A DNA stretch of 64,000 nt from Blasia pusilla (GCA_050084515.1 CM114271.1:46252001-46316000); one strand, 5' to 3'. Shown: positions 27,741-40,500, counted from the first letter of the stretch. Notes: generated by a model from the sequence alone, not told the origin. Numbers and translations: made by a program.

Positions 27741-27780
27741 GAGTTGCCTCGAGTTGCCTCGAGTTGCCTCGAGTTGCCTC
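27741..27780. repeat. (GAGTTGCCTC)x4 tandem repeat in the E1 leader
   Basis: Direct inspection. Confidence 0.9.
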
Positions 27781-28520
27781 GAAACGCCGAGAAATGCTCG
27801 AGACATGCCCCGTTCGCCATGCTTCGCTATGGAGAGAGGTCCAACCAGGGCGCCCCCAATGGGATAGGCGTCTCCAACAATGAACGAGTCACCAACCAAC
27901 CAGCCCCTCCGATCCATCCGGCCCACCATAGCGGACCTTGAGCTAGTCCGCAAAATTTAGATCAGAAATTACTTCACAAATACGTGACCAAATCAAATCT
28001 GTTTGATCAGAATTCAATTGACCACCATAGCTATCTCCCCACAAAACTCAGCTACAACCGAGCTCCGTACTCAAGCTAAAAATCAGACAAACTTGTCTGT
28101 CCATACACCTCTAGAACCAAAACCGACAGGCGCTTCCGCCAAGTTTCATGCACGCAGAAATCCCAACGCTCCACGCACTCGAGCAGATAGCTTCACATGA
28201 GATCACAATACAAGTAGCAATAGGAACCTCTCACCCGATCTGGATGAACTTCAACAGAGCTTCCGCACTCCAAGCTCTCCACATCGAAAAGCGCCGAACA
28301 CGAACAGAATCTTCAATGCTTGATAACTTCCAACTCCCTTGACGAAACCGGCGATCTACAGCGTTGGAAAGCTCTCAGCAAGGCGCTTCTTTCCCAACCA
28401 ACCACGCACCTGATTCACACCTCCAACATAGGCAACAAGCCCGAACATCCACGGCTGAGTACACAATCAGCCCTAACCAGATCCTACTGATCTACAATCC
28501 AAGCTACCATCAATCTACTC

Positions 28521-28532
28521 CAGTTCTTTGAG
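28521..28532 (-). other. E1 primer-binding site (self-priming type)
   Basis: Sense CTCAAAGAACTG abuts the 5' B repeat, is not a TGG-start tRNA PBS, and is exactly complementary to CAGTTCTTTGAG in B. Confidence 0.75.
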
Positions 28533-28931
28533 TGAAATGTGTGAAAGACCTACTGTCATAAAACACGTTTACAATCACATACAATCGAGCCAAACCCACT
28601 CCACGATGGGAGAATCCAGGTCGAAGCTTGCGGGAAATACCATAGCCAAGAGCTCTACTCACTACCAAGGCTAACTCCCAACACAACAGGCTCAACTCAA
28701 AGAACAGTCAGTTCTTTGAGTTGAGCCTCAAAGAACTGACTGTTCTTTGAGTGCACTCCACCTTATATCCTCCAACCTAAGAGCGGGCCCTACTGGGAAA
28801 CTCACCCCCAACTGAGTAACCCCCAACCCTATGTATGGAACCGCATCTCTACCAAGCCACTACGGTCCTACATAAGGAATGACCTCTACTAGCACACTAT
28901 ACTCTACGACATAATCCGTATGGTCATGACA
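28533..28931 (-). repeat. E1 5' B repeat (399 bp)
   Basis: Direct repeat of 19265-19632; flanked externally by the TSD TACG. Confidence 0.95.
28727..28768 (-). promoter_or_regulatory. Putative E1 LTR promoter: TATA box and initiator
   Basis: Sense TATAA starting at 28767, with a CA initiator 30 nt downstream (28738/28737). Confidence 0.6.
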
Positions 28932-31900
28932 TACGTTTCTGCAATATTATAGATTGACGTTCAAGAGGAGTTGGTGCACGACAAGTTATAATAGTTCTTA
29001 CACAATTTCCTTAATAAGAGACAACGCAATGCTTAAACAAACGTTGGTGTTATCTATAATATTAAAATAGAATGGACATGTCACTGAACCAAAAACATTA
29101 GTCAATCCATAAAAATGTTTTCCTTCCACCATGTATTGCATCTTAAGGGAACATTAGGGATGAGTGAGTGGGCAATTAAGAAAGGTTATCCACTACTCTG
29201 AATTTTGATCTCTACAATGTATATAAGCTATGAGTCCCAAAATAATTGATTGTGTGTGGCATGGAAGTAACCCATATTATTGTATAATAATGCAAAAAAA
29301 TTACTTAGTGTTCATATTACAAAACTAAGGTTTTTGTCTCATCATCATATGCGAATCATACTAGTGTTTTGCACATAAAAGCTTATTTTCTTATAATTAA
29401 AATATAGAAGTCAAAATTTGATGGTTCAAAGAATTACAATTATCTCACCATTTTGTTGTTTGTGTCACCGATTTCATTTGAGACCCTCCTTTACAGAAAT
29501 TTTTGGTAGAAAGTTTAGTAACTAGGTCTTGCGTGCCCATTATGCTGCATCCTATTGAAGCCGAATGAACATTATTTTTAAAAGGATATTGGAATATTAA
29601 TTTATCCTTAGAGTTTAATAGTTAGGTATTCGTGTCGATGCACTGCATTTAATAAGTGAGGATAAAATTTAAATATGATATCAAAACTTGGCTTATATTC
29701 TTAGAGTTTGATATGCATCTAGAGGGGAAGGCGTATTTTCCATCGCGTGTCAAACATAGAAATGTAACAGTTGGAAGGTAAATTCCATCAAAACATAGAT
29801 AGTGACTTTTTAAATATAAACGCAAAAATGTAAGATTGGAAATGAATGTGAAGATATGAAACTAAAAAACAAAAAAAGTCAAGACTAGAATACATGAAAT
29901 TCATGAAAAGTCTTACATTTCATACTTGCTAATATATATATTATAATAGGCGATCCTACATGTTGAATAAGACAAAATAGTAAGATAATAAGAGAGAAGA
30001 GCAACATTTTTAAATTTTATTGAAGGATGGAATAATTTAGGGCATTGGAATATCATTTAAATTCTAATCAAGGAGTGGAATCAGTTAGAAGAGGGGAATG
30101 TTATTTCTCTACTAAGATTTAAGAAATTAGAGATTATATTTAAACTTTGAAATGAAACTTACGATGATTACTTAAAATAATCTTGTTAATTCACATTTGA
30201 TATTTCGGGGAAAGAAATGGAAAAGGGAAATAATTTCATTAATTAGAATTAAATTATAATTATGACCCCTACTTCTATGTCGTATTAGTCGGTTTCGTCT
30301 CTCACGTTGTCACGTGTTCTCCTGGCATGCGAGTGCTAAGACGATTTTGAGTGCAAACGCCGGAGAATGCAAGTTATTTTGCAGTGACTTCTTGACGGTG
30401 GAATGTGCACGGGGATGTGAGTCCAAATAAATACATTTGGATTCACTCTCCAAATTGTGTTGATTATTTGTCTCTAAGGTTTTTGTTTCTATCCAATTAT
30501 TTCTCGTATGTTTCCTAACACTCTTTTCTTCCACTCTTTGTGTTTTCCCCCCGTTGTTGCGGTTAAGTTTGAAAAATTTATAATTGTGGGTCGAAGACCC
30601 TATAAATCCCACGGTTTTGGCTAGTAATTTTGAATTTCATCCGGCCAACTCAACACATAATTTCGGACGTTATTTTATTCCACTCTCCGTTTTAACGTCA
30701 CATCCCATGTTTTTAACACCTAACCCTTGAACATTTTTTTCTTCCACTCCGTGTTAGTGTTGTAGGTCGGGTCTTCATTTGTTTTGACGATGAATTCCAT
30801 TATTTTATCCATATCGGTTTAGTATTTATTTTATATTTTAAACCCAAAAAAAAAATTTATAGAAGAAAATTATTTAAGAGAATTAGATACTATTTCAAAA
30901 TGAATGGCCATAATCAGATGTTATATATATATTTTTTTGAAATGAAAATATTTCTCAATTATTTTCGTGTGAGCATGGGCATGCTAACTAATAATTTTCT
31001 ATAAAATTTACTAGAATATCAATAACCTTGCAAATAAATGAAGAAAGATAGAGGTTTCAGGCTCGGATATAATAGACTTCAATGACGTGAGTTATATCGT
31101 GCACGGGTGCAGCCAAGGAGGGCCATGTGAGTGAAAAAGGAGGAGGAGGTGAATATGCCGACACTCCGCAGATGTTTGGAGATCGCCTCGTGGAGCGACT
31201 TGGGTGTCTTCCAGAGGTTCCAAGGTCCTATATTGTAATACGTCCTTTCCATTTGATGTACCCGAGCTCTTCGCGTACGCAAAACCCGCCGTTCGTTATG
31301 ATGGTCTATCAACGAGAACCACGGCGAATTGAAGAGATGAGTTCAAAGCGAACAGTGGGTTCGGTCACGTTTATGGAGCTTTATTCTCCGACTCCCGGCG
31401 AAGTGAAAAGAAATTAAGAGTCATCGGTACATCCTCTCGCGGCCGCTCCTGCTGGTGCACTCTCTCGCTGACACGGTTAAGAGAAGAAAAGAAGAGGGCA
31501 GTCGTCCGATTAATTGGCGGTTTGTTTCCACGGGCGGTGATTAGTCTCTAATCGCGAAGGGTTAGCGAGGCCGTGAGTCGTTCGAATTTCGAAACGGTAA
31601 CTGGGCTGGGCCTCATTCCATTTCTGCCATTACCCGCGCGGCAATGCATGCGGGGCCTGATTAAGCCAATGATAACGAGTTAAAACCGGGCAGACACAGA
31701 CTGGTTATTTATTTATTTTCTTTCCCCTGACAGATTTTGAATTGGAAATAGGTGGTAGAAAAACGTCCTTTTCCAACCAAAGACGGGCGCAGTGGGCCGG
31801 CCGGTATGTACGCCGGCGGTCTCCTGAGTCGTGACTCGTGAGTGCTGACCGATCCGTTCCACCGATGAAGTAACAGAATGAGGAGCTTGTTATTATCCAC

Positions 31901-33473
31901 TTCCCTCCAACGTCTGGGGTTCGGTTCAGTCGGATCAGTCCTTCGCCAAGATCCCGTTCCGTGCTTTCTTTAACCGGAGGAAGTCCTGTGGGGCTCCCAC
32001 TCAGTCAGTCAGTGATCCGGTGATCCCGTGGCGTGCGAAGGGAGTTTGTTCGGATTCATAACTCCCTGCGTCCCTCCCTGGAGGACCTGGAGTAGATGGG
32101 TAACCAATCGTAGCTCTCTGAAGTAGAAGGGAGCTCCACACTCATGATAAGACATTGATTGAAGATCTGTGACAGGATCTGGGTTGTCCTAACCTGCCCA
32201 CTTTGGTCGATTTATGGTGGTGTGTTGTCCTTATCTCTTCGCTAGACATCCACGGACGATTTTCCACAACAACGTTGGAGGATGGATCCAGCCATGAGAG
32301 GGAGGGAGACTAGGAGCTGCCCAACGAATGTCCTTCCTTCATCATCACCTCCATGCGTTCGGTGTCGCCCTCTAATCTTCCTGGATGCAAGGGTCTTTTT
32401 TCAGTTCTCATCTCCCTGGCCGTCCTTGTTTTATGCTCTGGTGTTTTTCTGTCCGGGAGCTAAACAAGTAAACCTCTTCGCTTCCTTGCGCGGGATCATG
32501 ATTAAGACGGCGAATGTCATGCGAGATCAGGGTTCTAATGGGACCTCGTCCGTAAAAATCGAAAACTATCCATACTTCTTTCGAGTTTGGTTTAGAGCTT
32601 ACGCGTTTGAAGAAGTAGCGATGTGGGATAGGGTTTCAAATTTATTATCATATGGGGAAGAGGGTTGGGAGAAAACTACTAGTGAGAAGATGAACCCATC
32701 CGGAAGAAATCGCGAGAGTAACACGGCGGGGAGAAAGTGCAACACAAAGGACTAACAAAAACCTAATTAATACTAATACAGGGGAGTAATTGATATGGAG
32801 AGGATAAAAATGATCGCACGTCCATAAATTCAGGAATGGGGAAATTGTATACTCCAATCTTTATAATAAGGGCCGTACTAATAAGGAGTAAGAAACAATA
32901 AACTTATATTAAGAGCAAAATAATAGCATTGGTCTCATTGTTTATCTATCTTATTTTAAATGTCTTTTAATTTATGTATTCATGGGAGGATTGAGTTTTT
33001 TTTATGTTAACGTTGGTTTCGGACAAAATCCACTACTTTTTTTTCTAAAAATGACCCAATTTTGTGTGGAAATATATTGCTCAAAGGTATTAAAATAGGG
33101 ACACAAGCACCTTATTAGTATAATCGAATGTGAAAATGGATTGCATCCTATGAAAAGAGAAAAAGGAAAAAAAATCATGGAACCATGCGTAATGCGAACA
33201 TGCTCCAATAAAAGTACATATTGAAAATTTTGATACCTAATGTTAGATTCCTACTGCCACTTATGGGATCTCGATCGTTAAGCACAAAAGAGAGAATTTA
33301 AATTATTTTTCATACTTTTACAAACCTTTTCCTTTTTCTGTCACCATGTAAACTCTTTATTAATTTGCATGTTTTGAAAGTTTACAAATGTGAAGGTTTG
33401 CTTTTGAATTTTAGAAGAATACGTGCTCCATGTGAGATCTCCCTCACATTTACTTACATTGTTCTTTTTTAAA

Positions 33474-34064
33474 TAGTAGTGAATCCACTTTATCATAAAA
33501 TAAACCTCAAAAGAGGACAAAGAAAGGTAATAACAATTCAAAAGAGGAGTAAAAAAAATGCATAAAAGAATGCAAAAAGAAAATGGCAACAAGCCCACGT
33601 AAACACCGGCTCAACGAGCAACACGATTGATTGCCTGAAACAAATCTGACAAGAACACGAGTGGTTGGTCGACGTGAATGGACGACAGGCGGCGACCTCC
33701 CACCAACTCCCACGACGACGTATTAATGCCAAGGCTTGTGCACGTTGTAAGGCCACTGAGATGCATTGCCTAAAATAAGTAGTAACAACCGAGAGAGAAG
33801 GACTACGGGAAGGGGCAAGGTGATTGATTCTCGAGGAGTGGTGAGCACATGTTTTCAAGAAAGTATCAAAAGACACATGTAAATGACCGAATACTTCCAC
33901 TGCAAACGGAATAAATCCGTCAGTCGCATGTCTCACAACATAACTTAACTCCTTGATTCTTGCTGCAGCTTCGGCCGCCAAACCTTTGGTATGTGCAGCT
34001 CTACACACCAAGTCAGAACGTGTTGGATCAGCAACCACCACATCACCTAGTGTCTGGAATCCAC
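33474..34064 (-). mobile_element. 5'-truncated copy of the CRE-like non-LTR retrotransposon (RLE C-terminus plus 3' UTR)
   Basis: Near-identical to 37550-38141; translates TLGDVVVADP...KELSY...FIPFAVEVFG. Confidence 0.88.
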
Positions 34065-35320
34065 GAATAAGGACTAAGAGAATGTAAAATACTCTATGAA
34101 TATCATGTATCTTTTTCAAGTGTTGAGAACTTGTTTGAAATTTTTTCATTCATATTTTAATTTTTTTGTCACAATGACGTATAATTTCTAGATTTTTTCT
34201 TCTTAAATTTTGAAACATAAATTTGGAAATATTTAAATTTATTTTCAACCTCCAGTTATTATTGCATATGTGAAATGAGAAAGAATTCTTTTGGTTCAAT
34301 TTTTATTGAAATAATAATCCCTATTTGAATTGAAAATTAGTTCATTTTGTTGATTTGTCAAACTCAAAGTGGGATGTGGATTATTGAGTGTTTTCCTTCC
34401 AAGAAAAAGGAGTAGTGGAACATTTCCGTGATAATCGCAGATACTATTTATTGAGCTATATTCTTTTAAGAGTGAGGGTTCCAAGCTTTATGCCATCTCT
34501 TCTTCCATGTAGGCTACAATGTTCGGAGAGTCTTTCCAAAAAGACAAGAAGGGAAAGAAGATCATAAAAAATGCTCCAAATAACACTATATGGTCCAAAA
34601 AGGGAAGAAAAAACTGAACCTTTATAATAGGATGGTTCAAAGTGTGGGCCAACTTTCTTTGTATGATCCTTTTTCTAATGTATTTAATTATTGTAATCAA
34701 GTTCATATCATACTAATGTAGCATGTCCGTACCATGCACTATATTTCAATACAAAGTTGACGAATGAGAGAGAATAGAATGAGTAAGCGCGTGAGCTAGT
34801 GAAAATGGTGAATGAATAAGGGCGTGACCATAATTCGTCTCTCAAGCCAGACATCTATTGATGGTGAAGCTCAAATGATTTTAGAAATTTCATACATGCA
34901 CACGTCATTTGCTCTAAGCAACAGGGACTACGAGTCTACAACTCTCAACATAACAAAAAAATCACGAATTTCTATCCTTCCATCATTTTTTGCACTAGTT
35001 AGTGCCTTTGCTATGCGCGGAATAAGGAAAAGTCCTCCTTGCAGCCTTTATCTATTAAGATAGTTAGAACTAAGTTATTAGAGATGAAAAATATCACAAC
35101 AAGAGACCCATGAGGAGATGTGTAGAAGAGGGAGATGTTTGTTGTTGACACTCGTGTCACTTTAATTTCTCAATCTCAAAACCCTTATCCCTAACATAGA
35201 GATAGACATAATATTTGCTTGATGATTTCCTTTCTGTTTCTAGACCTTGCACTTTCAGTAAGTGCTTGATCGTTTCTTGAATGCGTCATATCTATCTATC
35301 TCCATCTATCTTTTTTTCTT

Positions 35321-35325
<5 letters not shown>

Positions 35326-35392
<67 letters not shown>

Positions 35393-35400
35393 GATATATA
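35326..35400. repeat. Compound (CT)n(TA)n microsatellite
   Basis: Direct inspection. Confidence 0.97.
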
Positions 35401-37549
35401 CCAACACAAAAATTAGTCCTCATGGAAAATGTGTATGCTTACATATTAGAGAGTGCTTTCATGAAGGGTAAAGAGGAATTGCATTTGAGATATTGTAGTT
35501 GTAAGGGAGATCATCTCAAGATACTTCTCGCACAATTTGGAGGAAGAATAGGGAGAAGTTTTGGAATATAAAATTATGGTTTTTGGGTCAACAACTTGAC
35601 ACATTAAAGGCAAGAATAGAAGAGGATTACAAAGCTGATCAATGTCAACCATAGTCTAGACCATAGTCTCCACCAAATGTATGGATTCAAATCCATAGAC
35701 TTTGCTCGCACTTGATAAAAAAGCATAAATTTTGGGTTGGATCCAAAGGGTTTTGGGTTGCATTAGGAGACCCTCCAACGATAACTTACCACAAAGGCCT
35801 CGTCCTTGACCTAACCAACCCTTAAAGTGCAATGTTATAAGTTGAGTGTTAACGAAATACAATGGATGTACGAGTCTTAGAGATGACTGATTGTGGTAAG
35901 TAGGAGGTAAGCCAAAAGCAAAAGAATTTCTTTGTTCATTCAACAAGGCACACATTTATAAAATGAGTGATAGGATAAGTAAACGAGCATTTCCCTAACC
36001 CTCGCTTCGAAGTTGCAAGAAGTTAAGTGGCCTTCTCCGAATGAAGAATACTTCATCCATTCACTTCAATGTTGACTTACTTAAGGAGGCTCCTACCCTT
36101 ACGAATATAGATGTAAGAAGATAATGTCGTCTTCTAGAGGGATAGTTGTAACCCCAACAAGATAACTAAGAGCTATCCTTTTAATTCTATGAAGTATTGA
36201 CATAACTTCAATTACCGAAATCCCCATCAGATTGCTTTGAGCTCAATTCTCTCCCATAAGGGAGAAATCCATCCAACACTAAACTGCCATTCAATCCACA
36301 CATATGGACTTCAAATATTAACAAGAAAATCGAATTAATTAAATTTGAAAGAGTACAAAACCTTCTCTCCTATATTCGAATGAAAAACCTACACACCCCA
36401 GGATCATCCCTTTCTATAAACATACCCAGGTGGGCCGGACTCGCCGTGGGCTAGTTTGGGTAGCCCTAATATGACAAAGGGATGATTCGAGACGTGTAAT
36501 TGCCATGCAGAGAACATAGAAGGAAGAGGAAGGGTCCGTTTAAGGTACCACCGCATTAATCGTGTAACACAAGAATCGTACTCTTGGTGGTCCGGTCTCC
36601 AACCCACAGTGAACCACACCCACAGTGGCGGACGATGATTACCCACTACATGCTTTGCGACTACTGTGTAATGAATTCGTGCGATTGCTGACTTGCTATG
36701 AGTCACTCCGGGACAACAGGTGAGCGACATCTGTGATGCAGAGGTACAAACGGGACTTTCCAGGTGCCACGTACTGAAGCATATGACTCGTGACGACGTA
36801 GAGCCTTACAGTTCCTCGACTCTCGAGTGGTAAGTGGTATATATGCGCGCTGGAGTGATATCGCCGCATAGTCCTCGCATTTCTCGCTGAAAGGAATTAA
36901 AAAACAGCGAAAAAAACCGCTCTTGTCCCTCCAAACTCCGACCAGACTTTTGGTTGGAAGGGACGGAAAAACGAAGGTTATATGATTAATTCAGTAGCCG
37001 GCAGCCTTACTTCGTCCATGCATATCTTGGCTCAGTCAACACGTTGCATTGGATGCTTACCGAATGATCCACTGGCGAAACCCCACTACTACATAGGCAT
37101 TAACTCGCGAGGATGCGAAGCTGCAGAAGAAAGATTGCGTTGATGTAAGTAGTGGAAAGTGGGAATGGGAGGGTGTTGCCTTTGACTCGCCCCACTTGAG
37201 AGGGACGAGGGGCCATGAAAGTCCATAAATGCTGGAGAAAATGACGGGCGACTTGATCCGATAATAAACTCCCAGGCCACTAGGACGACAACTATCCTGT
37301 AAACTCGTCGATGAGAACCACGTTGATAAAGGGCTTGACCTAAAGCCTATACTCACATGTCGAAAGGAGTTACCTCGAGGAGGAGGAGGAGGAGGTGTAT
37401 AAGAGGAACCATCGTCTGCTGGGCTACGGAAATCTTCAATTTTCCTTCTCATAGTCCTCTTTTATGCAAAAGTGTGACCAGGAACGTGCCATGGACCATC
37501 GACTCATCTAGTATTGGAGGAGGCATCATATTGTCCTTTTGGGTGCAAC

Positions 37550-40500
37550 TAGTACTGAAACCACTTTATTATAAAATAAACCTCAAAAGAGGACAAAGAA
37601 AGGTAATAACAACTTAAAAGAGGAGTAAAAAAAATGCATAAAAGAATGCAAAAAGAAAATGGCAACAAGCCCACGTAAACACCGGCTCAACGAGCAACAC
37701 GATTGATTGCCTGAAACAAATCTGACAAGAACACGAGTGGTTGGTCAGACGTGAATGGACGACGAGGCGAGCGACCTCCCACCACCTCCGCACGACGTAT
37801 TTATGCCAAGGCTTATGCACGTTGTAAGGCCACTGAGATGCATTGCCTAAAATAAGTAGTAACAACCGAGAGAGAAGGACTACGGGAAGGGGCAAGGTGA
37901 TGATTCTCGAGGGAGTGGTGAGCACATGTTTTCAAGAAAGTATCAAAAGACACATGTAAATGACCGAATACTTCCACTGCAAACGGAATAAATCCGTCAA
38001 TCGCATGTCTCACAGCATAACTTAACTCCTTGATTCTTGCTGCAGCTTCGGCCGCCAAACCTTTGGTATGTGCAGCTCTACACACCAAGTCAGAACGTGT
38101 TGGATCAGCAACCACCACATCACCTAGTGTCCGGAATCCACCTCGAGACATAACAAAATCCACTCTCCGACGAGAGGTTGCTTGTGTGGTTGAAGGTAGG
38201 ATATGGAGTTGCTCTTGCCCAACGGTATATCCTGTCGTACGAGCTACTGAATGTACCGCCTCTCCAATGACATCATGTGTGGCCGTTCGTTCTCCACCAT
38301 GTGCACATCGGAGAATATGGATACCCTTGGCATCAATAGGATCCCTGCATACACAATTTGGCACACCTAAGAGAGAAGGATGGGAAAGTCCAAGACGTAA
38401 CCGCAAAGCTGTCGAGAATATACTTCGAGGAAGACGAAATGGAAGAATAAGAGGATTTGCAGTAAGCCACGCCCCCGCTCCGGTACCAGCACATGAACAT
38501 AGACGAGCTCGATTAGCGTCGGAGGATGCCTCTGAGAGAATGCTAGAAAAGTTTATTTGATGCAGATTCTCGGAGATATGCTCTTGAAGTCGATCAAGCC
38601 CTTCTGTAATTAGTTGACTGAAAGGGGTAGAATTGCTTGTGTAGCAAAAGGAAGAAGAGCTCGTGCATATCTTAGTTGTTGTTGAAATAACAAGTCCCCC
38701 TCCTCGACATGGGCGATATGATCCATCAAGATAGGTGTATCTCCTTGGAGAAACCTTGAAGCCATAATCGGTGCTACCAACGCCCAACTCCCCAAAAAGG
38801 CTGTGGGAGCAGATGTGACTGTGGAGGATAGTCCCACCCCTCCAAAAGAAATAGGCAAGATAGCTTGTCATGAAGCAAAGACACCATCCTCTCCCTCAAA
38901 GGTATTCGGGTCAAGAAGTTGACCAAAAGTTGCCAAGATAGAAGCATCAAAAGAGGCCAGCCGATGTAAGAAGCTTGAAGTGGGAGGACAAGTGCGAAGA
39001 AGGTAGGAAGGATGTCGAAGAAAAAATTGGGAGAGAATCCCATAAGCCACTTGGGTATCCCCAAGATGAGGTAATAAATGAAGCCATTCCACGTCTTTGA
39101 AAAGGGTCTCATCCAAGAACTTTGAGACATAGTCGATGAAGCCAATTGGGAGCTCAAGAACTCTAACCCCTTCAATGTAAATGGGAAAATCAGAGTAGGT
39201 GGGATGAATGTTGAGGGAAGGCATGAAGGAGACCATACTCCACATTTACTAGGTTGGACTTTAAGGTTTAAGAAAGAGAGTTGCTCCACGAAATGGGTAT
39301 AAGCAGGAACCACTTCTGAAGGAGGACCTAAAATGTGAGTGTCATCAGCAATAGAAGGGAAAAGACAAGATGGAAATGCTTGCGCTGATGCTCGAAGGGC
39401 ACGAAAATGGGCAATGGCAAAGAGTGGGCCTCCCATGGGATCACCTTGACGTGTGCCACAAGCCGATTGTAGAATACTATATTCCCAGAAGTAGCATGAT
39501 GGGAAAAGATAATGGGCGTATCATAGGCATAGAAGGAGCAAACAAATGGAATGAGGCTCGCGAGTTGTCCTCCTTCACAACGTAATTCCTCAAAGATGGC
39601 CGCACGAGAAACTGAATTGAATGCGTTAGCCACATCGACTTGAATTGCTACCCAATCTGGATGAATATCAAGAGTGGAGCGAATCCGATGCACCACAGCC
39701 TCACAACCTCCAGGAGTTGCCACTCCAAATTGATGAGGAAATAAGTGGGCACTAAAGTGAGGGCAAAATTGCAAGCATAGTGATCGACTGACCAAGCGGT
39801 ATAAAACCTCTCCAATAGCCAAAGGGCACACACCTGAAGGAGGCTTATCCATAGCCAACAAACGAGAAGCCCCTAAGAGCCTAGAGATAGAGAATGGGAG
39901 ACGACCTGCCGCCATATGTGCACACACCTTATATAGAGAGACAAAGCCACTTGTTGAATATGCTGGGATAAAGCAATCACGGAGATGCTCAAAAACCATC
40001 CCTGATAGCCCGCTTGCTGATAAGCGAGGAGTATGCAGAAAAGCCCTAGTGAGAACCTCCAAGTCAAGGTGCATTTGTATAGTCTTCCACAAAAGATGGA
40101 GCATCGCCACTTGAAGGAGGATGAAGAGCTTCTAAGAGAGCCCCTTTGTTTCCGCACTTGGAACCGCCGGAGAAAGAGGACCCAATGCTCGAGCTGCACG
40201 TGAAAACTCACCAACTTGCCCCAATAGTAGACTTCGTCGAAGGCGTTGTTGTATTGAAGGCCTCCCATGATTGGCATGTTGAGTGGCATGAGCCGCAGCT
40301 AAGGCCTCAACTCGAAGTACATGCTCATTCTGAAGATTCTCCCAATCCCCTGACATAAAGCGTTGAATACGTGTGGAGGTTTCACGATGACCCATTGCAC
40401 CCCCCCTTGGAGGGAGGACTAAAACCCATTGTGGGAAGAGTAGTAGGAGATACCAAGCATTTATATCTGTGGGGTCACGCGCTAACCTTTCTAATGGGAA

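Larger units (their letters stand above)
19159..28931 (-). mobile_element. Complete Ty3/gypsy retrotransposon E1: gag-PR-DNMT-RT-RH-IN-PHD with B...A-B-A terminal repeats
   Basis: TG...CA termini, 4-bp TSD TACG (19155-19158 and 28932-28935), gypsy domain order RT-RH-IN, PPT at 19741-19751, PBS at 28521-28532. Confidence 0.95.

Noticed and set aside
19159-28931. DIRS/Ngaro tyrosine-recombinase element, suggested by the split repeats and methyltransferase
   Set aside because: It encodes an aspartic protease and an HHCC/DDE integrase and has a 4-bp TSD. No tyrosine recombinase was seen, and the MTase is C5-type, not the DIRS adenine type.
32282-32755. 157-aa ORF
   Set aside because: No recognisable domain or splice structure; probably a chance ORF.
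30961-34740. Helitron-like 3' ends at about 30965-30992 (+) and 34711-34740 (-)
   Set aside because: The hairpin and CTAG motifs are degenerate and no matching 5' ends or Rep/helicase were found.
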